Counted from the first letter of the stretch, positions 10,454 to 20,899 are shown. The stretch: 64,000 bases of DNA from an uncultured Gammaproteobacteria bacterium (GCA_964639785.1 CAZXEE010000001.1:314556-378555); one strand, 5' to 3'. Numbers and translations: made by a program. Notes: generated by a model from the letters alone, not told the origin.

Positions 10454-11683
10454 ATGACTGATAATAACAAACAATTAAGCCGATTATTCTCTCAGCCTTT
10501 CCTGAGTGCTTTTTTCGTGGATTTCGAGGCCTTGCCTGTCAAGGAGGATTTTTTGAAAAAAGCTGATGATATCCTGGCAAAATATGAGACTAGAGAAATA
10601 GACTGGCAATTAGAAAAATCATTGCGCCGGCATAACGACTTGTTGGTTTCTTTTGCAGTATCTAAGGCGGAAAATTCAGCTTTGACTCTGGCGGAAGCGG
10701 ATGAGGTTTACAAGTTGATCGAAGAACAGAAAGACTATGCTTTTTTGCATCGCAAGCTGAAGAAAGGGGAGAAGTTAACCCAGAAAGATCATGATCGTTT
10801 AGAGTATTTTAATATCGCCAAGACTTTTTGGGAATTGAATGAGACTGGAATCAAGATTCAGGACCTGACTCCGGAATTATTGACCGATTTGCATCGCCAG
10901 CTGACTGCCGGACTGGATGTCTTCTCTGATCATTTAGATAAATTCGAAACTTATCGTAGCGGCCATTTCAGGAATAACGATGAGACCAGGGTGACTAATT
11001 TCGTTCCGGCACCGCATCGGGAGATAGAGCCTAGTGTTAGGGAATTGATCAGTTGGATCAAACAGAATCCATCAGCTTTAAATGTCTTCATTTTCCATGC
11101 CGCTTTGTATGCCTTGCATCCTTTCAAGAACGGCAACAAGAGAGTATGCCGTATCTTGGAACATTTCCTTCTGCAGGATCTTGGTTACAACCAGAAGAAT
11201 CTCTATAGCCCGTCCTATTATTACCACAAGCACAAGGATAAGTATTACAAGAACTTGATCGAGGCTCTCTATAAGCGTAACCTGAATTATTTTGTCTCCT
11301 TCGCTTCTGAGGCTTTGTTCTTTTCCATTATCGGAGTAATCGTTGGCGTCTTGCAACGGAACAAGGCGGAATTTTTGGAAGCGAGCGGATTAGAAAAAAA
11401 TATCGCCAAAGTTTTGAAGCCTTTGGCAAAGTGCTCTGAAGTCCGGTTTGCCCGTTTTTATGCTTTATCTAAAAGGAAGGTAGCCCGCCAGACATTTGTT
11501 AACTATCTGGGCTTGGCGGTCGAGAGTGGAGTCTTGAAGAAAAGGGAACAGGGCCGGAATGTCTATTATTCTCTGGCCGGGAATTATCCGGAAGAAGCCT
11601 TGTTAGCTGATTTGCTGTCCCAGGCTCGGGAGAGATTCAATTATCTGCCGGAAGAGTTTGTCGGCTACGCGACGAAATTATAA
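10454..11683 (+). CDS. Fic family protein with C-terminal winged HTH
   Basis: HPFKNGNKRVCR Fic motif; N-terminal SKAEN inhibitory-helix-like motif; C-terminal 'GVLKKREQGRNVYYSL' wing. Confidence 0.88.
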   Translation: MTDNNKQLSRLFSQPFLSAFFVDFEALPVKEDFLKKADDILAKYETREIDWQLEKSLRRHNDLLVSFAVSKAENSALTLAEADEVYKLIEEQKDYAFLHRKLKKGEKLTQKDHDRLEYFNIAKTFWELNETGIKIQDLTPELLTDLHRQLTAGLDVFSDHLDKFETYRSGHFRNNDETRVTNFVPAPHREIEPSVRELISWIKQNPSALNVFIFHAALYALHPFKNGNKRVCRILEHFLLQDLGYNQKNLYSPSYYYHKHKDKYYKNLIEALYKRNLNYFVSFASEALFFSIIGVIVGVLQRNKAEFLEASGLEKNIAKVLKPLAKCSEVRFARFYALSKRKVARQTFVNYLGLAVESGVLKKREQGRNVYYSLAGNYPEEALLADLLSQARERFNYLPEEFVGYATKL

Positions 11684-11698
11684 TCAATGGTCAATTGA

Positions 11699-11726
11699 GA
11701 CCGCCCTTTGCCGGGCGGTTTTTTTG
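11699..11726 (+). terminator. Intrinsic terminator
   Basis: ACCGCCC-TTTGCC-GGGCGGT followed by T-run. Confidence 0.8.
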
Positions 11727-11840
11727 TTTTTTGGCGCTCTAAAAAATTTAGTTTCAGTTTAGGCTCCCTTTAGGCGTCTTCTGCTATGATAGGATCACTC
11801 TCAGATTTCGCGCGGATTTGAGAGTATAATTAATATTCTT

Positions 11841-12791
11841 ATGAAAAAAATAAAACAATTGGTTTTTCGGCTTTCCCGCTATAGGCTCTGGCTGATTATC
11901 GGTTCTAGTGCCTTGCTGGTTATCTTGGGCTTGGCCTACGGAATAATCTATGGCCGTCTCTGGTTGGCGTTGCCAGACGGAATCAAAGCCGATATCGCTA
12001 TCAACCGCTTGGGAGTCAGCAGCTACAATGATCTTGTTTGTCATGAGTCTTGTTTCTATGAACGTCAGGTATATAAGCAAGTGATCGCTGCTAATCTGGA
12101 GAAGGAAAAAATTGCAGCCAGGGTTGAGAGCTTGATTCTGGCCGAGGATAATAATCTGAGGTTTAGGCTGGAGCTGCTTGATGCTTTGTCATTTAAGGAT
12201 GGTTTGCGCCTGCCGGATTATTTGGGAAATTATCTGGCTAGCGGTGAAGAGGAGGCGGTTAAGGAAAAAATCAGAGAAGTCTTTGGATTGGATAGGGCTT
12301 CTAGCGTTGAGTTAATAGATCGCTTAAAAAATTCTTCGTCGACAGCCGAGCGGATTGATCTCTTAGATTCTTTGCGGGAGAAATCAGATTCATCTCTGGC
12401 TGGTTTTTATCTGGATCTTGTTATTAATGAGTCTGATTTGAAAATAAAGAATGGCGCTTTGTTGGCACTGAGTAATTTGGTGCCAAGTTCTGACTATGTT
12501 TCAGATGATTTTTTGTCCAAGATTCGGAGGACGATATTTGATCCGGCCACTAATCAATATTTGCGCAAGGAATTAATTCTTCTCTTAGGAGATTATCTGT
12601 CAATTCAAGAAAAGATAGTTAATCAGCTGCTGGTAGATATCTATTCGGATGAAGCAGTCATCGACAAGTTTAGCCGTTTGTTCGCGGCTGGAATATTGAA
12701 TCGCCTGAGTGCCAATAGTTATGCCGAACCGGAAATCAGCAGCAGTGAATGGCAAGCCTATCGGGATGGCAATAGTTTGTGGGGGAATTGA
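11841..12791 (+). CDS. Membrane-anchored helical-repeat (HEAT-like) protein
   Basis: N-terminal TM, then Leu-rich helical repeats (e.g. DLKIKNGALLALSNL). Confidence 0.55.
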   Translation: MKKIKQLVFRLSRYRLWLIIGSSALLVILGLAYGIIYGRLWLALPDGIKADIAINRLGVSSYNDLVCHESCFYERQVYKQVIAANLEKEKIAARVESLILAEDNNLRFRLELLDALSFKDGLRLPDYLGNYLASGEEEAVKEKIREVFGLDRASSVELIDRLKNSSSTAERIDLLDSLREKSDSSLAGFYLDLVINESDLKIKNGALLALSNLVPSSDYVSDDFLSKIRRTIFDPATNQYLRKELILLLGDYLSIQEKIVNQLLVDIYSDEAVIDKFSRLFAAGILNRLSANSYAEPEISSSEWQAYRDGNSLWGN

Positions 12792-12849
12792 TAGGGCGTT
12801 GGGATTGGCTTGAAGGCCATGATTGATTATAGAAAATAAGCCGTTATTT

Positions 12850-15800
12850 ATGGATAAAAAAATTAAATGGCTAGTCTGTTCTTTAGTATTTGTTTTCAGC
12901 TTGTTTATCGGTTTGAAGCCAGCTTCGGCTATGCCTCTAGGCACTATTCTGTATCGCACGTCTTCGAATAATAATGCTTATGGTTATAGTTCCAAGGATT
13001 TGTTAGTGGTCAATAAAGTCGGCTTAGTCACCAACTTGTATACCGGCCATACTGGAATCTATATCGGTAAGGAAAATGGAATTGATTATGTGGCCGAAGC
13101 TTTGCCGAGCGGATTAGTTAAGACACCGGCTAAGTATTTTTTGAATACGCGGGCAGGGGAGAAATTGATCGGAGCTAAGATCCCCAAAAATTTAACCGAA
13201 GAACAGCGGGAGAAGGTAATATCTCTGGCTCGTAATCTAACCGATGCCAAGATGAAATACGATTTTGATTTTAGGCACCAGAAGGGTTCGGAGAGCGGCC
13301 AATGGACCTGCGTTGGTTTTGTCGAGAAAATCTACGAGAGCGCCAACATCATCAATCCGAAAGATCTAGATGCTTTAGTCTATGATCAAAATGAATATGC
13401 CATCGATATCACTCCGGACGGATTTGATAATACCAGTGTCTATAATTCTAAGACCGGAGATGTCTTTTCGACGACCAAGGAATTTTCTAAGATTTCCCGT
13501 CGGCCTCGGATGCTGGTACCGGCTCCGGAAATTATCGGCTATGATGCCGGATTGGAGAAAGGCGATGACCGTTATTTCTTTATTCCGCACACCCAGTTCT
13601 TGCAACCGACCCTGGAAGATGTTCCGGTTGATATCGATTTGAGTAGCGATTTTAATGATGAGACAATCAGGGGCAAAGCACCGCAATTGGCTCTGATTTT
13701 CAAGTGGAGCTTGATCAACAATCCGAGCTCTACTTTACGTCAGGTATTGGCAGCGGCGAAAGACAAGATTAAATCTTTATTTAAAAGTGAACCAGCTCTA
13801 GCTGTTTCGGTGGTGGATAACAAGAAGGCGACAACTACTAAAAAGGCAACTACTGCCACCAAGGTTAAGACTACTAAAAAAACTACGACTACGAAGGCTA
13901 AAAAGGCTGCTACCGCTAAAAAGACTACGACGGCTAAAGCTAAAGTAACGACAGCTGCTAGCACGAAAAAGGCGGCAACTACCACAGCTAAAGTTGCCAA
14001 GAAAATTGTTGCCAATAAAGCTACTTCCAGTCCTAAAGTTGTGGTTAGTACTAAGAAGCCGGTGGTTGCTGATCAGAAAAAGATTGAACCGGAAGCGGAT
14101 AAGCCGACAGTTAAGCCGGTTGCTCCTAGCGTTGTCCCGGCTAACAATCCAGTGGTTAATAATTATCATACTACGGTGGTCAATAACCCTCCGGCTGAGA
14201 CCAAGAAGCTGATATTGATAGGAGAAGTAGGGACTGATTGGTTAGAGCTTTATAATCCTAACGAAGAAGCAATTGATCTTTCAGATGGCGCTTATCGCTT
14301 GGAAAAATCTAAGACGGCAGTTGATCCTGGAATCATGGTGCGGTTTGGCAATGAGAGCGACGGCCTCTATCCGGGCGGGGTGGAGATTCCGGCATCGGGT
14401 TCATATCTGGTAGTTTCCCAAGATGCCAGTGCGGAATTGAAGGCTAAGGCGGATGCAATCGTCAGTAATGATAATTTTTCTTGGGGTGAATCCGGTTATA
14501 CCATTTATCTGGGTGTTGGAGCTATCAGCAGTAATACTGATCCTGATATTATTGATTTTGTCGGTTTTGGCCCGGAAGCCAAATATTTTGAAGGTAGTGC
14601 TCCGGCCGGAGCTTTGGTTCCTAATTCTATTTTGGTCCGTAAAGCTAAGGCTGATTCGACTGTCGCTAGTTTGATGCCAGGCGGTGTCGATGAACTATTG
14701 GGTCATGCTTATGATACTAATCAGAACCAAAGCGATTTTGTCTTGTTGGATTTGAATCCGGTTGGAGAAAATAATAATAATGATAACACAGGGTCGGAAG
14801 ATGATAATTCAGCGACTTCAACTGATTCAGTGGCTAGCTCGACGCCGAAGATTGTGATCTCCCGAATTTATGCGACCGGTGATGATGATTATATTGATCT
14901 GTATAATGATAGTGATGAAGATTTTGATCTGACTCTAAATAATTATCGTTTGGAAAAGGCTAAGAGCGCGGCTGATCCAATGATTATGATGCGATTTGGC
15001 AATGAGAATGATGGTTCTTATCCGCGGGGAATGGTAATCAAAGCCCGATCGTATTATCGGATAGTCCGTGATGAGGCTAGTGCTGAAATTAAGGCTACGG
15101 CCCATGCCATCGCTTCCGGCAATAATTTTACTTTCGATGGCTCCGGTTACGCTTTATATTTAGGACAGGATAGTATCAGCTCGTCCGATGATGCCGATAT
15201 TATAGATTTGGTTGGTTTTGGTCTGGACGCTATTTATTATGAAGGTTCTGGCCCAGCTCCGGCGATAGTGGATGAAGGTTATCTGACTCGCAAGGCTAAC
15301 GCTAGCTCAACGATTGAGAGTTTGTCTCAGGGTGGATCAGAATATGCTCTAGGCGCTTCCTATGATAGTGACAATAATCGATCGGATTTCTTGTTGATTG
15401 GAGGGGAACCAGGATCATCAGAAATGGTTGGTGGTTATGATTCTCCGGGTTTGGCACATCTCTGGCATTTCAATGAATGTCGGGGTGAGGTAATAGAGGA
15501 TTCAGTTGGCAAGAGTGATTTTGCGGCTAAGTTTGATTGGCGGATAGGAAAATGGGGTTGTGCTTTTGAGCGGAAATTTCCCGAGGACAAACTACAAACT
15601 AGTTTTAGTGCGCTAAGCAGCAAGGGATTATCCATCGTTTTTAATTATCGCGGTTCTACTAATTGGGGCCGGACTTCTTTTGCCTTGTCCGGACCGGATG
15701 GCGGTGTCAGCGTTATCTTCGGTCCGCTTTTTGCTGAGTCTAGTGGCCTGCCGACTATGTTCCGGTCTGATAGTATCAAGTGGCCGAATGATGGAACCTG

Positions 15801-16671
15801 GCATCAAGGCGCCTTTGTTCTTAATAGCTCAGATGATTATTGGGAATTATATTTGGATGGCAAACAAGTTTATCGGGAATATTTTCAAGCGATATATTCG
15901 AAAGAGTTTACCGGACTGGAAATAAATACCGGAAACTATTTGGATGAAGTGGGGCTTTGGGGTCGAGCTTTGAGTGGAGAAGAAATTAATGGCATATTTG
16001 CCTCTCAGCTAGAATTGGCTCCGGTGAAGACCAGGGAGGCACAAATCGATCCAGTTGAAATCCATCATTGGAGTTTTAATGAAAGGGTTGGAATGGAAGC
16101 GGCCGATGATTATTCCAGTAGCAGCTTATTTATAGATCGGACTCAGTGGGTTAGGTTGGGCCATGAAGGCGCCGCTATTTCACATATTTATTCTGTTAAT
16201 AGAAAAATGTCGGTTAATCTGGCTCAAGAGATAAAGAGCGATGATCTGAGTATTGATTTTTGGTGGCGTAATCGCAGTTATTCTAGCGAGTCGCGAGGGA
16301 ATATCAGTTTGCTTGGCGATAATGATAAGCGGCTTTTCGGTTTGATATTCAGTCCTTACCGCCCGGGTTATTACATTAGCGGCAATTATGGCATGATCAG
16401 TGAAGGTCTAGGGTCAACTTTGCCACACGACAACTCTTGGCATCATTTGGTCCTAGTTTATGATTCTTATGAATATTCATTGAATTTCTATGTCGATGGC
16501 GAATTGAAATATAGCATTCCGCACCCTTGGATAGCTGATGAGGCTATCAAGAAGATAGAGATCTATAATGAACTTCGGGAATATGAATTAGATGATTTAA
16601 GTATTTGGCAGGGAGCTCTAAAGGCTTCCCAGGTTAAAGCTATTTACCAAAACGAAACAGGTGGTAATTAG
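12850..16671 (+). CDS. Large secreted/surface protein: permuted NlpC/P60 (YiiX-like) + Lys/Thr linker + 2 lamin-tail domains + 2 LamG domains
   Basis: Signal peptide; GHTGIY...YDFDF...WTCVGFVEKIY; duplicated DWLELYN/DYIDLYN modules; HLWHFNE/HHWSFNE and WHHLVLVYD..FYVDG LamG motifs. Confidence 0.75.
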   Translation: MDKKIKWLVCSLVFVFSLFIGLKPASAMPLGTILYRTSSNNNAYGYSSKDLLVVNKVGLVTNLYTGHTGIYIGKENGIDYVAEALPSGLVKTPAKYFLNTRAGEKLIGAKIPKNLTEEQREKVISLARNLTDAKMKYDFDFRHQKGSESGQWTCVGFVEKIYESANIINPKDLDALVYDQNEYAIDITPDGFDNTSVYNSKTGDVFSTTKEFSKISRRPRMLVPAPEIIGYDAGLEKGDDRYFFIPHTQFLQPTLEDVPVDIDLSSDFNDETIRGKAPQLALIFKWSLINNPSSTLRQVLAAAKDKIKSLFKSEPALAVSVVDNKKATTTKKATTATKVKTTKKTTTTKAKKAATAKKTTTAKAKVTTAASTKKAATTTAKVAKKIVANKATSSPKVVVSTKKPVVADQKKIEPEADKPTVKPVAPSVVPANNPVVNNYHTTVVNNPPAETKKLILIGEVGTDWLELYNPNEEAIDLSDGAYRLEKSKTAVDPGIMVRFGNESDGLYPGGVEIPASGSYLVVSQDASAELKAKADAIVSNDNFSWGESGYTIYLGVGAISSNTDPDIIDFVGFGPEAKYFEGSAPAGALVPNSILVRKAKADSTVASLMPGGVDELLGHAYDTNQNQSDFVLLDLNPVGENNNNDNTGSEDDNSATSTDSVASSTPKIVISRIYATGDDDYIDLYNDSDEDFDLTLNNYRLEKAKSAADPMIMMRFGNENDGSYPRGMVIKARSYYRIVRDEASAEIKATAHAIASGNNFTFDGSGYALYLGQDSISSSDDADIIDLVGFGLDAIYYEGSGPAPAIVDEGYLTRKANASSTIESLSQGGSEYALGASYDSDNNRSDFLLIGGEPGSSEMVGGYDSPGLAHLWHFNECRGEVIEDSVGKSDFAAKFDWRIGKWGCAFERKFPEDKLQTSFSALSSKGLSIVFNYRGSTNWGRTSFALSGPDGGVSVIFGPLFAESSGLPTMFRSDSIKWPNDGTWHQGAFVLNSSDDYWELYLDGKQVYREYFQAIYSKEFTGLEINTGNYLDEVGLWGRALSGEEINGIFASQLELAPVKTREAQIDPVEIHHWSFNERVGMEAADDYSSSSLFIDRTQWVRLGHEGAAISHIYSVNRKMSVNLAQEIKSDDLSIDFWWRNRSYSSESRGNISLLGDNDKRLFGLIFSPYRPGYYISGNYGMISEGLGSTLPHDNSWHHLVLVYDSYEYSLNFYVDGELKYSIPHPWIADEAIKKIEIYNELREYELDDLSIWQGALKASQVKAIYQNETGGN
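13822..14000 (+). repeat. Low-complexity K/T/A coding repeats (KKATTT-like)
   Basis: Imperfect AAGGC(G/A)ACAACTACT-type units encoding KKATTTKKATTATK... Confidence 0.75.
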
Positions 16672-16686
16672 TTTTCCGTTTGCTAG

Positions 16687-16728
16687 ATAATAAAATAACA
16701 GGCTTTTAAAGGCCTGTTATTTTATTAT
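16687..16728. terminator. Bidirectional terminator
   Basis: ATAATAAAATAACAGGC...GCCTGTTATTTTATTAT between convergent genes. Confidence 0.8.
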
Positions 16729-16746
16729 TTGATATCTATTCTTATT

Positions 16747-17652
16747 TTATTTCTCCAACATTTTCAAAGCTTTCTGCAATGGATAGTCATGGTAGATAAT
16801 ACCTGAAATAGCTTTGGCTATTTTAATAGCTTCTTTCAGTGGGTATTGGTGTAGGTTGCGGCCGATGGCGCTGCCGGCAGTTTGGGAGATGTGAATCTGT
16901 TCATCAATATGCTTCAATAGTTCAGCTGGGCTCATTTTGGATCCGCCAACACAAATTACTTTGGTCCGTCCGGCTGCTTCCACTACGGTCTTGAATTCTT
17001 TGGCGGTTCCTTCCGGTCCGCCATAGGGATACATGACCTTGACGAAATCAGCTCCTAGGCAAGCGGCGACTCCAGCACCTCCGGCAATGACGTTGATGTC
17101 ATTTTCATTGGGGACGTTTCGGCCTCGTGGGTACATCCAGATGATTGCCAGGAGTCCTTGGCTGTGAGCGTCTTTGATAATTTGGGCAGCTTCTCTGAGT
17201 ATTTCCGATTCCAATTCTCCACCGAGATAGACGGTATAGCCGACACCGACGATATTTAACTTGCTCTGTTTCTTGAAATCTTTGACGTCATCGACATCAT
17301 ACCAGGCATAGCTGACTGGATCATGATCCTTGGTGGTTAGCAGATTAGTTTTGGAATTCAGTTTGATGACATATGGAATGTTGGGGTAGTCTTTGCCGTA
17401 GCGGTCAATTAATCCTAATTGGGCGGCGAAGACTCCGATTTCCGCCTGGCTGGCTATCCTGAATAAGTGTTCTGGATCCTGGTCTTCATCGGAAATATTC
17501 GGCCCCTTAAAATCGCTATTCAGATGTTCGACTTTTTGGTCTCCGGCAAAGAGTAGAAGCCGGCCGGTGTCTTTGGTAACGAGGCGATAGTTTCTGCTAT
17601 ATTCTCTGGCCATAGAAGCCGGGACGGTTAGAGGCGGGTTGATTTTGAGCAT
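16747..17652 (-). CDS. Class I fructose-bisphosphate aldolase (DhnA/FbaB type)
   Basis: FAGDQKVEH, IKLNSKT, WMYPRG, LGADFVKV (Schiff-base Lys), GRN. Confidence 0.88.
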   Translation of the reverse strand: MLKINPPLTVPASMAREYSRNYRLVTKDTGRLLLFAGDQKVEHLNSDFKGPNISDEDQDPEHLFRIASQAEIGVFAAQLGLIDRYGKDYPNIPYVIKLNSKTNLLTTKDHDPVSYAWYDVDDVKDFKKQSKLNIVGVGYTVYLGGELESEILREAAQIIKDAHSQGLLAIIWMYPRGRNVPNENDINVIAGGAGVAACLGADFVKVMYPYGGPEGTAKEFKTVVEAAGRTKVICVGGSKMSPAELLKHIDEQIHISQTAGSAIGRNLHQYPLKEAIKIAKAISGIIYHDYPLQKALKMLEK

Positions 17653-17715
17653 ATGGTTATTTTATAATTTATATTTATTATGCTATAATTATACCATAAT
17701 TCGTTAAATAACCAT

Positions 17716-18624
17716 ATGGCGAAAAATGATCTGAATAAAGAGCTGGATCTGAACAGATATCAGGATTTAGGCGGTTTTACTACCAAAAAATTGAATTTAG
17801 GGCTGTGGATCGTATCTCATAGGCGTCAATTCGTATTGGGAGTTACCGGAACCCTGATTGGTATTTCGGCTATCTTCTATGGTTATTCGATTTATAATTA
17901 TGTTGATTATCTGTATTTCGGCGGTAAGGCTGAGAGGGAAGCGATAGAAAACCTGGCTAATACTTCGGCTATCGATGAAGCCCAAAGGATCAAGAACGCA
18001 GCTAAAGAATTAGAGAAATCTAATCCTCGCGTCTTTTCTAATAATGGCAAGTATGATTTCTTGGCCCAAGTCAAGAATCCGAATACTAATTTTTTCGCTG
18101 ATCTCAATTATTGCTTTACCGATGGAGCCACGGAATTAGCTTGCGGTTCGACTTTTATCCTGCCGGATGAGACTAAGTATGTTACGATCTTTTCGCAGGA
18201 ATTGAAATTCAAGCCAGTTAACATCTCTGTAGTGATCAAGAATGTCAGCTGGAGGCGTTTAGACCTGCATAAGTATCCGGATTGGAAGACCTATGCCGCT
18301 ACTCATTTGAATTTTGCCGTTGAGAATGCTTCCTTCAAGACTTCGGAGGCTAGCGGATTATCGGAAAAAATCGGTTTGGATATTTTGGAATTCGATATCA
18401 CCAATAAGACAGCCTATAATTATTGGGAGGTGCCGGTTAATATCATCGTTTCAGCTAGCGGTAATCCGGTGGCTATCAATCATTATTCCTTGACTGAGTT
18501 CGTTTCCGGTGCTAAGAAATCAGTTCGTCTGTCTTGGCCGGATTCTATACCGAAGCCTGACCAGATTTCTGTCATTCCTAACTTGAATATTTCTGATGAT
18601 AATATATTCATGAAATATCAGTAA
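17716..18624 (+). CDS. Membrane-anchored hypothetical protein with beta-rich extracellular domains
   Basis: Single TM, long ORF, AT-rich start, downstream terminator. Confidence 0.6.
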   Translation: MAKNDLNKELDLNRYQDLGGFTTKKLNLGLWIVSHRRQFVLGVTGTLIGISAIFYGYSIYNYVDYLYFGGKAEREAIENLANTSAIDEAQRIKNAAKELEKSNPRVFSNNGKYDFLAQVKNPNTNFFADLNYCFTDGATELACGSTFILPDETKYVTIFSQELKFKPVNISVVIKNVSWRRLDLHKYPDWKTYAATHLNFAVENASFKTSEASGLSEKIGLDILEFDITNKTAYNYWEVPVNIIVSASGNPVAINHYSLTEFVSGAKKSVRLSWPDSIPKPDQISVIPNLNISDDNIFMKYQ

Positions 18625-18682
18625 TTTGTTTAGTTGATAATCATGGCCCATTATCAGTTGATGGGCTTTTATTTATAATGAC

Positions 18683-19783
18683 ATGTTGAGTCGGATTAAA
18701 TTATACCTGAAGAACCTCGATTGGTTGCTTTTCACCTCAGTCTTGCTGCTGGCTATTTTTGGTTTGGTTGAAATTTATAGTATTGCCCTCGGACAGGGCA
18801 GCGCTGATCTGACCGATTTCAGGAAGCAGTCTTTCTTTATTTGTCTGGGTGTCTTTCTGCTCCTAGTCTTTTCTTTCGTTGATTTCCAATCCTTAAAAAG
18901 CGTCAATCGCTATCTCTATATCTTCGGCGTAATCTTCTTGTTGGCGGTTTTGCTGGTCGGCGACACTATCAAAGGTACCAAGGGCTGGTTCAATATTATG
19001 GGTTTCGGTATCCAGCCGGTGGAAATCATCAAGATAATTCTAATAATTTTCTTGGCTCGTCTGTTTTCGACGGCCGCTTTCAAGATGCGGCCGCTTAAGT
19101 ATTTCTTGATTTCCGGTCTTAGTACTATGGGGCTGGTAGCCTTGGTCTTGGCTCAGCCTGATTTCGGTTCTTCTTTGATCTTATGCTTTATCTGGGTTTT
19201 CATGTTAATCGTGGCCGGTTTTGATAAGCGGTATTTTATCGTTATTTTTTTGGCCTCAGCTATTGTGTTTACCAGCGCTTGGCTTTTTTTCTTCAAGGAT
19301 TACCAAAAAGAGAGAATCCTGACCTTTTTGAATCCGACCTATAATTCATTGAATCAGGGCTATAACATATCCCAAGCGATCATTGCGGTCGGTTCGGGTG
19401 GAATAACCGGGCGGGGTGTCGGTTTTGGCTCCCAATCACAGCTGAAATTCTTGCCGGAATCGCATACTGACTTCATTTTCGCGGTTATTGCCGAGGAATT
19501 AGGATTTATGGGAATCGTCCTTTTATTGATATTTTATGGCTTATTCTTCTTTTCATGCCTGACTGCTATCCGGAAAAGTAAGGATGATTTTGCCATTTTC
19601 TTCATTTTGGGGTCTATGGGCTTGATTTTTATTGAAATGTTTATTAATATTGGTATGAACATTGGCATTATGCCGGTCGTCGGCATTGCCTTACCCTTTA
19701 TCAGTTATGGTGGTAGCTCTATCATAGCCAGCTTTATACTGATAGGTATTATTCAAAATATTATCATTAAGTCTAAGATTTAA
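18683..19783 (+). CDS. rodA: Rod shape-determining protein RodA (SEDS)
   Basis: IQPVE, QPDFG, AVGSGG..GRG, LPESHTDFIF..EELG, LPFISYGGSS. Confidence 0.92.
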   Translation: MLSRIKLYLKNLDWLLFTSVLLLAIFGLVEIYSIALGQGSADLTDFRKQSFFICLGVFLLLVFSFVDFQSLKSVNRYLYIFGVIFLLAVLLVGDTIKGTKGWFNIMGFGIQPVEIIKIILIIFLARLFSTAAFKMRPLKYFLISGLSTMGLVALVLAQPDFGSSLILCFIWVFMLIVAGFDKRYFIVIFLASAIVFTSAWLFFFKDYQKERILTFLNPTYNSLNQGYNISQAIIAVGSGGITGRGVGFGSQSQLKFLPESHTDFIFAVIAEELGFMGIVLLLIFYGLFFFSCLTAIRKSKDDFAIFFILGSMGLIFIEMFINIGMNIGIMPVVGIALPFISYGGSSIIASFILIGIIQNIIIKSKI

Positions 19784-19789
19784 AATCGT

Positions 19790-20410
19790 ATGGAAATCAA
19801 ATTATTAGCGCAAGCTAGAGAATTAAAAGAGAAATTAGCTAAAGACTTCGTCCCGGCAGTATTGTACGGTCCAGGCTTGGCTAACCAGAACCTAAAGGTC
19901 AGACGGATCGAATTAGAGAAGGCTGTAAATGCCGGTGGTGAATCTACTTTAGTAGATTTGGAGATTGATGGTGGAAAATCAGTCAAGGTTTTGCTGAAAG
20001 ATTTGCAATACCATCCTTTGAAAGATACCATTCGTCACGTTGACCTATATCAGGTTGATATGAAGAAGAAGATCACTACCGAAATCCCATTGCACTTTAC
20101 CGGAGAATCAAAAGCGGTTAAGGAGTTGGGCGGCATGTTAGTCAAGAATATGGATGCTATCGAAGTGGAATGTTTACCTACCGACTTAGTTAACCATTTC
20201 GATATCGATTTGACTGTCTTGAAGGAAATCCATGACTCCATCAAAGTTGGCGATTTGAAATTGCCGGCTGGTATGCACACCTTGCAGGATCTTGATACCG
20301 ATATCGCTACCGTTGTTGAACAGGAAGTGGAAGAGGTAGCCGCTCCAGTGGCTGCTCCGGCTGCTACTCCAGCAGCAGCTCCAGCTAAAGGCAAGGAAGA
20401 GAAGAAATAA
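19790..20410 (+). CDS. rplY: 50S ribosomal protein L25 (Ctc form)
   Basis: VPAVLYG, QYHP..HVDL, TL5-like C-terminal domain, Ala/Pro tail. Confidence 0.92.
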   Translation: MEIKLLAQARELKEKLAKDFVPAVLYGPGLANQNLKVRRIELEKAVNAGGESTLVDLEIDGGKSVKVLLKDLQYHPLKDTIRHVDLYQVDMKKKITTEIPLHFTGESKAVKELGGMLVKNMDAIEVECLPTDLVNHFDIDLTVLKEIHDSIKVGDLKLPAGMHTLQDLDTDIATVVEQEVEEVAAPVAAPAATPAAAPAKGKEEKK

Positions 20411-20427
20411 TTTAGTTTGGTCTATAT

Positions 20428-20457
20428 AAAAAACGCCCCATGTTAGGGCGTTTTTTT
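20428..20457 (+). terminator. Intrinsic terminator
   Basis: AAAAAACGCCC-CATGTTA-GGGCGTTTTTTT. Confidence 0.8.
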
Positions 20458-20470
20458 GTTTCTTTTGTTA

Positions 20471-20500
20471 TTGACAAAAATAGTATTTTTATGTTATTGT
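20471..20500 (+). promoter_or_regulatory. Sigma70-type promoter
   Basis: TTGACA-18bp-TATTGT with TGn. Confidence 0.5.
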
Positions 20501-20524
20501 CTTTTTAACTTATAGTTCCTTGTT

Positions 20525-20899
20525 ATGGTTAAAACAGAGTTAGCTTCTGGGCGTATGCCTAATACCGATCTCGGTTATGAACAGCTTGAAGGTCTTTTGG
20601 CTTCATATTATCTGACTTATCAGCATCTTAGAGTTGATAATAGTCATGAATTTGAAAGATTATTCAAGGTACTTAGTAGTTTTTCTAGCAGGTATTCATT
20701 GCAGCCGCCAAATGAAGCAATTACAAACGTTAGGGCTAAAAAAATAAAAGATCGACCGCATCAATTCATTTCTTATTCTTCTGCCCGCAATCATCTGCAC
20801 CTTTTAGGTAGAGATTTCAAGATGATGAAAAAGCCTGAAGATATTCAGGATATGAATCGATTGGTAGGCTTAATCTGCTCTCGCTCTTTTGTTTTTTGA
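20525..20899 (+). CDS. Hypothetical protein
   Basis: ORF bounded by its own promoter and a terminator at 20912-20938. Confidence 0.6.
   Translation: MVKTELASGRMPNTDLGYEQLEGLLASYYLTYQHLRVDNSHEFERLFKVLSSFSSRYSLQPPNEAITNVRAKKIKDRPHQFISYSSARNHLHLLGRDFKMMKKPEDIQDMNRLVGLICSRSFVF

Noticed and set aside
13822-14000. Repeats as a CRISPR array
   Set aside because: Degenerate in-frame codon repeats with no spacers and no cas genes
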